A DNA stretch of 64,000 bases, taken from the NCBI GenBank assembly GCA_038245785.1, contig JBBRSB010000013.1, positions 1 through 64,000 of the forward strand, written 5' to 3'. The notes under the pieces were generated by a model that saw only the letters and a program-made list of their open reading frames with translations, was not told the DNA's origin and ran no database searches. The stretch comes from Gloeobacterales cyanobacterium. Lineage in GTDB: Bacteria > Cyanobacteriota > Cyanobacteriia > Gloeobacterales > PMM-0068. Below, piece by piece: positions 37,401 to 47,380 of this stretch (within the stretch, counting starts at the first letter, position 1; the number at the start of each line of letters is the position of its first letter). Both the position numbers and the translations under genes were made by a program.

Positions 37401-39196
37401 GCGAAATTCAGGTCTAAAGGATCTTTAATCGCTAAGGGACCCAGTTTCTTTTTGTCCAAGAGGAGAGAAATATCTCCCTGGGCGGCTAGCTGATTCAAAG
37501 AACCTTGAGTTTGGATCTGACCGGTGAGCGTCCCTTGCAGGTCAGGATTTTGGGCCGCAGGGATAAGATCACCCAAAGCACTCACTCGCACGGAGTTGAG
37601 ATAGGATACGCCTCTCCATTCCTGTTTGGATATGGATAAGACTCCTTCTACATCGACTGTACCCCCACCCTTATTAAACTGAGCATTCTCTACTAGCAGC
37701 TGATCATCTTGCCAGGTCACGGTACCAGTTCCAGGCCACGCTCCCCCTAAAAGCTGACCATTAAACACAGCGACGGGTCTGGTCCACGGTCCTTGAAGCG
37801 TCACCTTTGTATTGATATTGCCAATGCCCAAGCTAGTCGGCAAAGCCTTGATCTGCCTGCTCTGAATGCCCTGGGCCATGGCCTGAAAATCTAGGGTTTG
37901 AGTTTTAAGGTCTACCAAACCGCTACCAAGCGCTGTACCGCCTAATCCCTGGATATTGAAACGGGTAAAGCGAACACGCTGGTCTGTGCCTAAAGAAATA
38001 TCCGTGCTGTATTGCTGGACTGGAAGGTTTGCAACACGGCCGGGACCAACCCCTTGAAATTTCCCCTTAAAGAGGGGATTGACCAGAGGACCCGTCACTT
38101 GGGCGGTTCCCTGCACTTTGCCCTGCACAGGGAACGGTAAAGTCAGGCCGAAGGTCTTTTGAACCGCGTCGAAGGGAGTCTGGTTCACGCTCAGAGAAAG
38201 GGCATACTTGCCACGGGTTTCGATATCCCCATTCTTAAGCCCTGGCAGGAGCCCTTGCAAACCACCGCTTACCTGGGTCTCGATCTGCCCATAACGACCC
38301 TGCGTTTTCTGAAGGGCCAGTCCGCCATTCTGAAAAATGAGATTTCCTTGGGCTTTTTCAATCGGACGAGGTAGGGCAGCAATCGCAAGAAGCGTATCTT
38401 GAAAGTTAAGAGCTCCAGTCCATTGACTGGGGTTCAAATTGCCTTGCCACTGGAGGTTGACGGTCCCTGTAGCTTGCCCTTTGTCTATATGTACGACCTG
38501 GACAGGCAAAAATAGACGCGTGACCGGATTGAAGGGGATTTGATTGAGATCCAGACGGAGCTGCCCGAGCAGGGTATTGAGCGCGATTTTGCCCTGAGCG
38601 CGAACCTTTCCTTTCTCCGTAGTCTTCGGACTGGAAACGTCTGCTTCTAGATTCCCCGTGAGGTTTTGTGGGGATGACCAGAATGCCTCGCCTCCTAGAT
38701 TCTGAAAAACCAGAGGCCCACTAGCCTGGGGATAGAGCGTAGCCTGGCTCCTGGACACATGCACTTTTTCTAAGATGAAAGCACTAGGGCCTGATTGGGT
38801 AGGGAGCAGTTTTCTCCAGTCCCAGCTTCCATCCGCACTCTGACGAGCCGTGACCGTCGCACCGCTCAAACCAACAGCGATTTTGGGTTTTTGTCCGGTG
38901 ATTATGTCAAGGGGATTGAAATAGAGCTGAATTTTTTCTGCGCTCCCCAAACCTTCGATTGAGCTGTTGCCTACTTGTATTTCCCAGGGCAAAAAGGTCT
39001 GCAGCGGACCGAGGTTTACTTTTCGCTGAAAGCTCTTGCTTAAATTTTCTTCTAATTGAGGCAAGGCGGACTGTTCTACCCAGGAACGGCCTGCGATATT
39101 TAGTCCAATAATCAAAGCGCCAAGGGACACCCCTCCTATACCCAAACCTAGCGCTGTGCGCCGTAGTAATTTCCATAGAAGAGAAGAAGAAGTCAC
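34472..39196 (-). CDS. tamB: Translocation/assembly module TamB (DUF490)
   Basis: 1574 aa; N-terminal TM anchor, beta-taco repeats, C-terminal EYETRF. Confidence 0.85.
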   Translation of the reverse strand: MTSSSLLWKLLRRTALGLGIGGVSLGALIIGLNIAGRSWVEQSALPQLEENLSKSFQRKVNLGPLQTFLPWEIQVGNSSIEGLGSAEKIQLYFNPLDIITGQKPKIAVGLSGATVTARQSADGSWDWRKLLPTQSGPSAFILEKVHVSRSQATLYPQASGPLVFQNLGGEAFWSSPQNLTGNLEADVSSPKTTEKGKVRAQGKIALNTLLGQLRLDLNQIPFNPVTRLFLPVQVVHIDKGQATGTVNLQWQGNLNPSQWTGALNFQDTLLAIAALPRPIEKAQGNLIFQNGGLALQKTQGRYGQIETQVSGGLQGLLPGLKNGDIETRGKYALSLSVNQTPFDAVQKTFGLTLPFPVQGKVQGTAQVTGPLVNPLFKGKFQGVGPGRVANLPVQQYSTDISLGTDQRVRFTRFNIQGLGGTALGSGLVDLKTQTLDFQAMAQGIQSRQIKALPTSLGIGNINTKVTLQGPWTRPVAVFNGQLLGGAWPGTGTVTWQDDQLLVENAQFNKGGGTVDVEGVLSISKQEWRGVSYLNSVRVSALGDLIPAAQNPDLQGTLTGQIQTQGSLNQLAAQGDISLLLDKKKLGPLAIKDPLDLNFAWDGSNLLLKQARLGDLLTAQGTVDPKGPLDLTVQANKLDLALLPLSLPRPAKGQADLQGRLTGTTSKPNFVGQASVQGLAVEPFEFAPLSGPISYNPAGLSLDLRARSSQDQLKISTDSAFNPLSLVALAGDTSLTGRKQANQFALNLKNLALERLSSSTLQVGGVLGGDFSYDLQTKRLKGAFALEDGRYRTLKTDLLKGNLVYVPADGSLQIGNAQLNIGKSLYTLGLDYNRRSGLLASLKTDNGTLESLVRTFGWRTWQDILNQSLLPSPAIPASEIGAVEIDNGSRPLSAQLQKFTEYESEQAELAKASKSPLPSSLQSLKGNFQGSLSLKIPAFRLERPVLDNPQLAVDIQGQTWQWGNYHLDTVQAKGAYQNQQIRVDSFVARRKVENKLREATYVGVLNLEPKPKKTIGPDGVFQLKQFPVGLVQPFLPSSIQVRGDLSAEGTFEGTLSHPEVAGTFAVDQGTLNRAPLKQASGQIGYRQGRVTIDNFQLAAEKTERIVETDPAQITGSFPITLFEEPEDKTFNLNLKLQNSGLALLNLFTDQIQWQQGKGNLDVTVGGDLTALQLNGGLTFQDSQVSVTGLQEPIKNLSGRVDFVGDRAVVKTLEGQFSKGRFEGQGIVALNQKVVVDDPLQLDLKDVQLALTPLYEGELDGKLLLKGSFLAPAVSGVVTLSKGNLGLPSGKPEDPARLETTARVRQIASPKLQDLKIVLGQDINLVQRPVLRFLTKGNLVLSGTLAEPKALGEVQFLSGRLNLFSSPFYLERGRKNVARFSPEQGLDPDLDVRVVGRASEVTLPTAEASNRRVLESSITTGSQRTVRITASVTGRASKFNTELRSSPPRTQDEIVSLLGGNVAGQLGAGVYALAGSALVSPIEDFILERLALDEFQISALTQTDPAVPGAYRLGVGLEVAKDLSYNFGLSVTQNLTDPTQPTRYNLQYRFDDNILLRVGSDFKNDTSASVEYETRF

Positions 39197-39280
39197 CAGT
39201 TTCCTATTGTGCTGAGCGGCAGAAGGTTAGAACAATTTAAGAAGCAATCTAAATTAAGATTATCTGCTAGGCTACCCGGT

Positions 39281-40030
39281 TCAACTTAGACGTCTCAATC
39301 GATAGAAGTATCCCGTAAAAGGGATCTGGAAAGGTAAGAAAGGTAAACAACCGGGAAAATCTTTGCCCCGTTCTGCCAAGCGATAACCGGCACTCTGAAT
39401 CAATTCCTCAAAGAGGGGGGTACTCAAGAGGCCAAAAGGTAGCGTTTTCAGTCCTAAAAGGCCCAACAGGCGGTCGGCATTTTTGAGGTCACTTTCCTTT
39501 GGTTGACTGTCTTGAGGTTCCAAACCCGTGGTGAATAAAAACTGTCCGTTGGGTTTGAGCAAGGACGAGACGATCGGGAAATATTCGCGCAGAGTGGGCT
39601 GAGGCAAGTGCTGGAACAAGTCTACAGCGATACAGGCATCAAAAGTGCCTGGTTCGCAGGGGATGACCGGACGTTTGAGATGAATCAGGCGCACATTGGC
39701 AATGCCTTTGAGACGGACTTGCGCTTGTTTGAGCATTTCTAAAGAAATATCGGCCAAGGTGTATTGGGCTACTTGGGGGGCTAAATACTTAGCGATCCGG
39801 CCCATGCCGCCGCCTAGGTCTAAAACATGGCTGGAATCATCCAGTTTGAGATGCGTGACCAAGTAGGCCGTGATTCTGCGGGCATCTTCTTCAAAGAGTC
39901 CATGATTATGAAAACAGAATAGGTCTGCACTGGTGATCGGGTCATGCAGTGCATTGGCATCCCACAATTCGGTCATTTTTTCCCACTGTTCTGTTTCTGG
40001 GACTTGATCAATCAGCAGAATGGCACTCAT
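39281..40030 (-). CDS. Class I SAM-dependent methyltransferase
   Basis: VLDLGGGMGR motif I, ADISLEML; start moved to ATG 40030 because the longer ORF overlaps 40178-40588. Confidence 0.85.
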   Translation of the reverse strand: MSAILLIDQVPETEQWEKMTELWDANALHDPITSADLFCFHNHGLFEEDARRITAYLVTHLKLDDSSHVLDLGGGMGRIAKYLAPQVAQYTLADISLEMLKQAQVRLKGIANVRLIHLKRPVIPCEPGTFDACIAVDLFQHLPQPTLREYFPIVSSLLKPNGQFLFTTGLEPQDSQPKESDLKNADRLLGLLGLKTLPFGLLSTPLFEELIQSAGYRLAERGKDFPGCLPFLPFQIPFTGYFYRLRRLS

Positions 40031-40177
40031 GAGCTTATGTAGAATAGGACTATCGGCCGGATTATAGCAGTCTAGTCTTCTGTGCATTCCTAATGGATAA
40101 GATATGGGTACGATGAGATAGTCTAAGTGAAGGCCGAGTAAAATCTGTCCTGCAAAATCCTGTGAGGTGGAGTTCCC

Positions 40178-40588
40178 ATGACCCAAGCTTTTGAAGTGAT
40201 TGAAAAAAGTAATGTTCAAAATATTCAAGCGGCCACAGAGATTCGGCCTTGGGGAGCTTTCACTATCCTTGAGGAAGGTCCTGGCTACAAAATCAAGCGG
40301 ATCGAGGTGAAGCCCAATCATCGCCTCAGCCTCCAGATGCACCATCACCGCTCAGAGCACTGGATTGTGGTCTCCGGAACGGCCAAGGTCACTCGGGGCA
40401 GTATAGAAGACGGCACGCAAGAAGAACTGGTTCTTAGCCACCAATCTACCTATGTTCCCTGTGGCACCTTGCATCGTCTGGCAAATCCTGGGGTTATTCC
40501 TTTGGTGATTATTGAAGTTCAGAATGGTCAGTATCTTGGCGAGGATGACATTCAACGCTTCGAAGATGATTACGCTCGCGGTAAATAA
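40178..40588 (+). CDS. Mannose-6-phosphate isomerase type II C-terminal cupin
   Basis: RPWG, LSLQMHHHRSEHWIVV, IEVQNGQYLGEDDIQRFEDDY. Confidence 0.92.
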   Translation: MTQAFEVIEKSNVQNIQAATEIRPWGAFTILEEGPGYKIKRIEVKPNHRLSLQMHHHRSEHWIVVSGTAKVTRGSIEDGTQEELVLSHQSTYVPCGTLHRLANPGVIPLVIIEVQNGQYLGEDDIQRFEDDYARGK

Positions 40589-40634
40589 ACGTCCTTGGTA
40601 ATTTAATTTTTTGTCCCTAAGCCACAGGGATATA

Positions 40635-41030
40635 ATGCGCTATTTGCCATATTTTTTATCTTTGCTGGGTGCCTTTGGCGGTACACCAGCAGTTTTGGCT
40701 GAATGGTCTTTGACTGTGCCCGTTGAGACTGTGAATGGGCAACCCTATGTTCAGTTAACGCCTGTGGCACAGGCGCTGAAAGCTACCTATCAGAGCAGTC
40801 CTGAGAATCACACCTTCAATGTCTACTATCAAGGCCGCGATACGGCCATCGGAGAAGGACCGACCGTACTTTTGGGGAATCAATGGGTTCCCCTAAGCGT
40901 CAGTCCCTATTGGCAAGGCTCAGAACTGATGGTCCCGCTGGATGCGGTCCAGAAAATTTTTGTGGTTCATATTCGTTGGCGTTTGCGGACCCAGCAAGTG
41001 GTATTTACGCCTGTAGAGATAGTGAGATAG
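40635..41030 (+). CDS. Secreted copper-amine-oxidase N-terminal (stalk)-like protein
   Basis: Signal peptide; NGQPYVQL and ELMVPLD repeats. Confidence 0.6.
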   Translation: MRYLPYFLSLLGAFGGTPAVLAEWSLTVPVETVNGQPYVQLTPVAQALKATYQSSPENHTFNVYYQGRDTAIGEGPTVLLGNQWVPLSVSPYWQGSELMVPLDAVQKIFVVHIRWRLRTQQVVFTPVEIVR

Positions 41031-41255
41031 AAGACTCGTAGATTTATGATATATCCAGCTCTTTTGGATCCGGCCCACTATAAAATGTTTCTGAGATAGT
41101 CTTGACGAAATCCGCAGAAACTCACAGCTTAGTAAGAAAGGTGCGGTCATGCACGCTCGCATCCTCACTCTTCTTTTACTGGGAAAGATATTAATAACAG
41201 GAGGGGTCCATTTAGAGACAAAGAAGCCAATAAATAAATAAAGAAGGGTAGGACA

Positions 41256-43193
41256 ATGCATTTGACTTCAAAAATCTTTGTATCTATAGCTATTCTAATT
41301 TGTTCAGTTGGTGCTTTTCTTATCTCTTATTTTAGCGGGCATCTTCTTCAAGGACTTCTTTTTAATTCAGATGCCCTTTTTTTACCAACTTTGTTAAAAA
41401 ATCTATTTCAGGGCGGCGGAAGTATCAACGATTGGTATTTACCGTCTGTGCCTTTTTTCTTCCCTGACTACTTGGTTTTCTTAGGGGCCTATTTTTTAGA
41501 TGACAATATCTATAAACAAATTGCTATTTATTCAGTTTTTCAAGTCGCCTTTGTGTTTGTATCAATTTTTGTTATTGCTAAAGAGCTTGACCGCAAAAGC
41601 TCTCTGTTTGCCTCTGCTTTTGCTTCGGTCCTATTGGTTTGGCTTTCTTTAAATGGGGTAAAGCCATATATTTTTCTTCTCACAAGCGTATTCCATTTTG
41701 GAGCTTTTCTGATCGAAATATTAAGCTTAGCGCTCGCAATAAAATACTTTAGCTGCACAACAGAAAAACAAAAAAACAGAACAATATTTTACTTGTGTTG
41801 TCTGTCTTTTTTTGCGACACTTTCTGATACTTTATTTTTAGTTCAATTTTTAATTCCGCTATCTGCTTCAATTTTTATTATTAATGTTTCAACCCGCCAA
41901 AAAATAATCAACAATATTTATCTTGCTACACTCCCTCTAGTTTTCGGGATACTGGGATTATTGTCATACTCAGTGCTTTTTGAAAATAAGACGAAAGTCC
42001 CTATCATAATTGGCACAGAAAAAATAATTACTACGCTTGTTGATTTATTTGGAATTCTAAAAGTCTTGTTTATTAAATCACCGTTTTTTGTATTGTATTT
42101 CGTTGTTTTTTATGTGTTTTGTGCTTTGTGCCTTTTTTCTTTGTTTAAGCAAAGATATTTATTAAATCTTCCAAAAGAGATAGTTTATGCGGTTATTTTT
42201 GTGCTGTTTTCTACTGGCACCATGCTCTTCGCAGTTTTACTTGCTACCAATCAATCGGTTGCGGTCAGGTATTTTATTCCAGCTTTTTGTTGGCCGATTA
42301 TTATTGGAATGATTGTAACCGCATATTTTCTGAAGGATAAATTCTTTTACTTTGGAAGTGTGCTTTCTATTGCGGCAGTTATCCATCTTTGGTTTAATGC
42401 ACTTGAGTTGTTTAAAAAGTATGGGGTTTCTGAAAATTACTACCCAAATGAAATATCATGTATTGATGCTGCTTTAGCTAACGAGAATTTGAGTAACGGC
42501 ATCGCTGGCTACTGGGAGGCAAAATATATACAAGCCTTTAGTAAGTCTAAAATTACACTAGCCCAACACTTAGATAACCTAGAAGAGTATAGATTTATTA
42601 CTTCGAAAAATTTTTTTAAACCAACTTATGATTTTGCAATTGTTTCAAAAACTGATGAACCTACTTTTAGGATATCAAAAGAAGATTTGATTAAAATAAA
42701 TGGGGCTCCTAAAAAAACAGTTAATTGTGGCAAGAGAGATTTGTTAGTATATGGAAAAGACCGACTGAGAGTTCGAAAGACCGGGAAGGTAGGTGATTCC
42801 TACAAATGGATGGGATGTAAATTGCCCACTGTCATTGGAAAGTACACATCAAGTTGCGAAATTGAATCTACAGATCGCAATCATTCAGGTCGCGTATCTT
42901 TTGGCCCATACATAGGTCTTCTCTCTGGCCGCTATTCTTTTGAAATTGAATATGCCAGCTCTAAAAATAAGTCTGAACCTGCAGGAGATTGGGATGTGGT
43001 CATAGCTCTTCCTAATGAATCGAAGCCTCTTGCCCAGGGTTCTTTATTGGGAACCGACAGTAAAACTGAAAAAGTAAGAGGCGCCTTTACAGTAGAAAAT
43101 GCCTATAACAGGGAAAAGATTGAGATTAGAACCTTTGTTTACCAGGGAAGTACTATGAAAGTTAACTATCTAATAATTAAGCGCTTGGAGTAA
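41256..43193 (+). CDS. AT-rich polytopic membrane protein, GT-C glycosyltransferase-like, with C-terminal beta-sandwich
   Basis: About 12 TMs; FNSDAL first loop, FFPD, RYF, AGYWEA; SFGPYIGL C-terminal module. Confidence 0.65.
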   Translation: MHLTSKIFVSIAILICSVGAFLISYFSGHLLQGLLFNSDALFLPTLLKNLFQGGGSINDWYLPSVPFFFPDYLVFLGAYFLDDNIYKQIAIYSVFQVAFVFVSIFVIAKELDRKSSLFASAFASVLLVWLSLNGVKPYIFLLTSVFHFGAFLIEILSLALAIKYFSCTTEKQKNRTIFYLCCLSFFATLSDTLFLVQFLIPLSASIFIINVSTRQKIINNIYLATLPLVFGILGLLSYSVLFENKTKVPIIIGTEKIITTLVDLFGILKVLFIKSPFFVLYFVVFYVFCALCLFSLFKQRYLLNLPKEIVYAVIFVLFSTGTMLFAVLLATNQSVAVRYFIPAFCWPIIIGMIVTAYFLKDKFFYFGSVLSIAAVIHLWFNALELFKKYGVSENYYPNEISCIDAALANENLSNGIAGYWEAKYIQAFSKSKITLAQHLDNLEEYRFITSKNFFKPTYDFAIVSKTDEPTFRISKEDLIKINGAPKKTVNCGKRDLLVYGKDRLRVRKTGKVGDSYKWMGCKLPTVIGKYTSSCEIESTDRNHSGRVSFGPYIGLLSGRYSFEIEYASSKNKSEPAGDWDVVIALPNESKPLAQGSLLGTDSKTEKVRGAFTVENAYNREKIEIRTFVYQGSTMKVNYLIIKRLE

Positions 43194-43241
43194 AATCTGC
43201 ATTCTTTTCTGTGCCGAATTACCCGTTTTTGGCGCTTCTTG

Positions 43242-43967
43242 CTAAAATTTAAAATGCTCTAAGGCTTCCAATATGCCCCAGGCATAGTTAGAACGGGCTA
43301 AATAGTGATGGGGTTGACCCTGTTGCTGATACCAGCTCAATAACTCTGGCAGTGCATTGCCGACGATCACGCCACGTTCCTGTTGCTGATAGAGGCTAAT
43401 GTCATTGCCCGAATCTCCACAGACTAAAGTTTCTTCAGGCTTCATGCCCAGTTGTCCGCGCAGATAGGTGGTGGCATTGCCCTTGTTACCTGCATCGGGA
43501 ACGATATCTACATCACGGCTGCCACTGAAGATCACTTGAGCCGCTAGTCCCGCTTCTATTAACTTCCCTTGCAGTTCTTTAAGAACAGGTGCATCAGCGA
43601 GATTTTCTAAATAAAAACTGACTTTCCAGCGTCCTTGGTCCGGCTCTGGTTGGCGTTCCAGGGCTTTGAAGCGCTTTGCCATATCTGCTACGGCCTTAAG
43701 GTCCCAATCCGCAGAAAGCTGGCCAGCCCAGGTGGAGTCCAGAGATTCTTGGCTATAAATCTCCGTCCCCACCGCCGTAATCCAATAGTCTGGTTCCAGA
43801 AGCGCCCTTTCATCCATGAGACGACGGGCAGAATCGTAGGAACGACCCGTCGAATAAGCTAAATAAATAGGCGCTTGCGCTCTTGATAGCCATTGGTTCA
43901 GCTTGGATGTGCCAGCATCATCACCCACCAGGGTGTTGTCGAGGTCCGTAACAAGCAGTAGGCTCAT
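43242..43967 (-). CDS. spp: Sucrose-phosphate phosphatase
   Basis: HAD DLDNTLVGD, STGRS, NKG, CGDSGND. Confidence 0.9.
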   Translation of the reverse strand: MSLLLVTDLDNTLVGDDAGTSKLNQWLSRAQAPIYLAYSTGRSYDSARRLMDERALLEPDYWITAVGTEIYSQESLDSTWAGQLSADWDLKAVADMAKRFKALERQPEPDQGRWKVSFYLENLADAPVLKELQGKLIEAGLAAQVIFSGSRDVDIVPDAGNKGNATTYLRGQLGMKPEETLVCGDSGNDISLYQQQERGVIVGNALPELLSWYQQQGQPHHYLARSNYAWGILEALEHFKF

Positions 43968-45286
43968 TTGACCGACGATTTAGGGGCTAGAGATGCATAG
44001 AGCTGTTTGAGCTGACCGGCAACCCCAGACCAGCTAAACACCTCTTGCACGTGCTGTTGGGCAGCGACCCCATATCTTTTCCAGAGATCAGGCTGTTCAA
44101 AGACCTGAGTCAGCGCTTCTGCCAAGGCATCCGGGTCTTTAGGCGAAACCAAAAGCCCCGTGACACAGGGACGAACCGTGTATTTCAAGCCACCGACATT
44201 GCTGGCGATGACGGGAGTGCCAGAAGCCATGGCCTCCAAGGCAACCAAGCCGAAAGGTTCGTAGTGACTAGGGATGACGCAAACATTAGCGGCTGCGTAG
44301 TAGAGCAGCAAGTCCGCATCGGAGACCCGACCCGTGAAGATGACGGTTTCTTCCAGTCCCAGTTTTTTGACCAAGGCTTTGAGTCGCTTGGTTTCCTTAT
44401 CATCGGCACTGCCTGGACGGCTTCCCCCGACGATATAAACCTGACCCTTGGGCACTTGGCCTGAGGCTGAGGACTCGGAAAGACTACCCAGCTTGGCCCA
44501 AGCCTGGATCAAGGTATCAATCCCTTTGCGTGGGTCAAAACGACCGACATAGGCCACCATCGGCATATCGGGGTCGAGTCCCAGCTGCTCACGGGCCTGC
44601 TCCTGATGGACCAAACCATAGCGTTGGGTATCGGTACCACAGGGAATAATTCGAACCGTTCCTTTCTTAGAAACGAACTTGCGCAGGTCCGCCTCTTCAT
44701 TTGGGCTAGTCGAGACTACACAATCCGCTTCCTCCAAGAGTTTCTTTTCTACATCTAAGCGGGTTTGAGCAATCTCAGGCCATTCTCCGGTGGTTTTGAA
44801 CTTGACAGCACCAATGGAGTGATAGGTGTGCACTTGAGGGATGTGTAGTTGCTCTTTCAGTTGCATCCCAACCCAGGCAGAGAGCCAGTAATTGGTATGG
44901 AGCAACTCATAGGTACGACCTTCCTTTTTTTGGAAGTCTAACCAGGCTTCTACATAGGCAGGAAGATATTGGAATAACTCAGTTCTGGGAATGTATTCGG
45001 CCGGTCCTGCATCGAGGCGAATGGTTCGGCAGCCAGGAGCATGATGGACAATAGCGGCTTGGTCCGGATCCTGTCTCCGCGTAAACAGGTCTATCTGACA
45101 GCCCAAATGGGCGAGGGCAATGCCCACTTCTCGGACATAGACATTTTGGCCTCCAGATCCTTCCTCCCCAATGGGCGCAGCAGGATCACCGTGAACAGAA
45201 ATTAAAGCATACGTAGGTTTGGAGTCCCTCTGCATAGTAGTGCCCGTAGAACCAGGCGCAAAGGACTTCTTGTGTGGGGTAGGCAT
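43964..45286 (-). CDS. sps: Sucrose-phosphate synthase (stand-alone GT4 type)
   Basis: ISVHGDP...GGQNVYV, HTNYWLS, GRFDPRKG, YEPFGLV; 4-nt overlap with spp. Confidence 0.8.
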   Translation of the reverse strand: MPTPHKKSFAPGSTGTTMQRDSKPTYALISVHGDPAAPIGEEGSGGQNVYVREVGIALAHLGCQIDLFTRRQDPDQAAIVHHAPGCRTIRLDAGPAEYIPRTELFQYLPAYVEAWLDFQKKEGRTYELLHTNYWLSAWVGMQLKEQLHIPQVHTYHSIGAVKFKTTGEWPEIAQTRLDVEKKLLEEADCVVSTSPNEEADLRKFVSKKGTVRIIPCGTDTQRYGLVHQEQAREQLGLDPDMPMVAYVGRFDPRKGIDTLIQAWAKLGSLSESSASGQVPKGQVYIVGGSRPGSADDKETKRLKALVKKLGLEETVIFTGRVSDADLLLYYAAANVCVIPSHYEPFGLVALEAMASGTPVIASNVGGLKYTVRPCVTGLLVSPKDPDALAEALTQVFEQPDLWKRYGVAAQQHVQEVFSWSGVAGQLKQLYASLAPKSSVK

Positions 45287-45567
45287 TATAAATACCGACC
45301 TCCTGTAGAGACGTCATAGCTCCATAATAAACGCTAGGAAATGATAATTGGGTATCAAAGTTATCAATGAATACGTTCAACAATCGTTATAAACCATAGC
45401 CCGCACATGTTTGCCCCTGTTCAATAATTTCAAAGAAACTACATTCTACAAGTACGCTGAGCCCAAAATCTTAGGATAGAGAATATGAATTCATAGTTTT
45501 GGTACCGCACATCTCTATGAAATCAATTTAAAATCGTTCTATATCAGAGCCCGTGCTTGTTTATTCA

Positions 45568-47091
45568 ATGATGAAATCCCAGAAAAAAGCCACATCTCAC
45601 GAAAAATCAGTTATCGAATCTGCGCGCGCTCTACTCTACGAACAAGCCTTGGTTTACTACGAAGGAAAACCGATTGGGGCTGTAGCTGCCATTCCACAGC
45701 GGCCTTCCCGCCATGAAAAAGGGGCTGCTTCCACACTCGATTTGAACTACATCGAGGTCTTCATTCGTGACAATGTTCCGGTGATGATCTATTTTTTGGT
45801 CGATGGGAAAGCGGAAATCGTACGGGATTTTCTAGATACCTGTTTAAGTTTGCAGAGCGATACGTTTGAAACGGCTGGGGTCTTTCCGACCAGTTTTACG
45901 GAGCATCAAGGCTCTTTGGTGGCGGACTATGGGCAACGGGCCATTGGGCGAGTCGCTTCTGTAGATGCTACGCTCTGGTGGCCGATTTTGGCCTACATCT
46001 ATGTACAGCGGACGGGCGACCGAGCCTGGGCCTGTCAACCGCAGGTGCAGATGGGACTGCGCAGATTTCTCGGCTTGATTCTGCACCCCTGGTTCCGAGA
46101 GGCTCCCACCTTGCAGGTACCCGATGGTGCCTTCATGATTGATCGCCCGCTTGATGTTTGGGGCGCTCCTTTGGAGATTCAGACTCTTTTGCATGGAGCT
46201 TTACTCAGTTCTGCCGGACTGATCCAGATAGACCTGGAGGCTAAAGGGTGCTGTGGGCTGCTCGACCAGAGCTGTACCAAACGGCCTAAGTTAGATGCTT
46301 TTACCGAGCAGCAAGTGGTTCAATTTCGGCAGACGATTGGTTGGGTCAAGCGCCTACGGACTTATTTGCTGAAGCATTACTGGGTCAACACAAAGTCTGT
46401 GCAGGTCCTCCGCAGACGCCCTACGGAGCAATACGGCGACAGGATCGTCAACGAACACAATATTCAGGTGGAAACCATTCCCCATTGGCTGCAGGCATGG
46501 ATGGGTAATGAGGGTGGTTATTTGATCGGCAATATCCGGACGGGGCGACCCGATTTTCGCTTCTTTACCCTAGGAAATTGCCTGGGCGCTATTTTTGATG
46601 TTCTGAGCCCTTTTCAACAGCAGTCTCTCTTCCAGCTAATATCTCAAAATCGGGTAGACCTCATAGGCCAAATGCCTTTGAGAATATGCCATCCTCCTTT
46701 GGAAGATGTGGACTGGCGCAAGAAAACGGGCTATGACCGCAAGAACTTGCCCTGGTGCTATCACAATGCAGGCCATTGGCCCTGTCTCTTGTGGTTTTTG
46801 GCGATTGCCGCCCTGCGCCATCAACAGCGCCATAGTCCCCACAACGAGATGGCGATCATGGAAGTCATACAGTCTTCCTACGAGTTGCTGCTTCAGCGCT
46901 TGCCTCAACAGGGTTGGGCGGAATACTTCGATGGCCCAACGGGTTTGTGGATAGGACAACAGGCTCGTCTCAACCAAACTTGGACAATTACAGGTTTTCT
47001 ACTAATGCATCATTTGTTGAGGGTTAACCCAGCCGATGCCCGAATTATGGACCTCCCCGATCTCAGGACTCTGATCAAACTTCACACCTAG
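45568..47091 (+). CDS. Alkaline/neutral invertase (GH100)
   Basis: VFIRD, ADYGQRAIGRV, MIDR, PWCYHNAGHWP, WAEYFDG. Confidence 0.92.
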   Translation: MMKSQKKATSHEKSVIESARALLYEQALVYYEGKPIGAVAAIPQRPSRHEKGAASTLDLNYIEVFIRDNVPVMIYFLVDGKAEIVRDFLDTCLSLQSDTFETAGVFPTSFTEHQGSLVADYGQRAIGRVASVDATLWWPILAYIYVQRTGDRAWACQPQVQMGLRRFLGLILHPWFREAPTLQVPDGAFMIDRPLDVWGAPLEIQTLLHGALLSSAGLIQIDLEAKGCCGLLDQSCTKRPKLDAFTEQQVVQFRQTIGWVKRLRTYLLKHYWVNTKSVQVLRRRPTEQYGDRIVNEHNIQVETIPHWLQAWMGNEGGYLIGNIRTGRPDFRFFTLGNCLGAIFDVLSPFQQQSLFQLISQNRVDLIGQMPLRICHPPLEDVDWRKKTGYDRKNLPWCYHNAGHWPCLLWFLAIAALRHQQRHSPHNEMAIMEVIQSSYELLLQRLPQQGWAEYFDGPTGLWIGQQARLNQTWTITGFLLMHHLLRVNPADARIMDLPDLRTLIKLHT

Positions 47092-47178
47092 CGCTCAATT
47101 CTTAGTTCTGCAGGGTCCGTTATGATTAAGCCGATTGGAAAGATTGTTAGCGATGGCGGGAGCTGCCCTCTTAGCAAG

Positions 47179-47380
47179 CTACGGTATACACAGATCTCTG
47201 ATTCCTTTTCAACCCTGACCCCCCTTAATTCCCCCTTGGCAAGGGGGGAAATGGCGAAGATCCGATTCCCTCCCCTTACTACTAGGCGTAAGCCTTCCCG
47301 GAGGGTGGGGAGGGTTAGGGTGGGGTCGTATACCCAAGCTCATGCTCATAAATTATTTCAAACTTATGCGTACACGGTAG
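47179..47380. mobile_element. 202-bp MITE with 14-bp terminal inverted repeats and degenerate 11-bp target duplication
   Basis: CTACGGTATACACA...TGCGTACACGGTAG (11/14 match); flanks CTCTTAGCAAG / CCATTAGTAAG; internal C-run/G-run hairpins. Confidence 0.7.

Noticed and set aside
40031..40348. N-terminal extension of the methyltransferase ORF
   Set aside because: Overlaps the well-supported cupin gene on the opposite strand
45339..45358. Fur/Zur-like box in the sucrose promoter (TGATAATTGGGTATCA)
   Set aside because: Spacing is one base too long for 7-1-7 and the context is not metal-related
47149..47167. Fluoride riboswitch upstream of crcB (AGCGATGGCGGGAGCT)
   Set aside because: Loop lacks the expected pyrimidines and no downstream pseudoknot strand is found; an Rfam crcB scan would settle it
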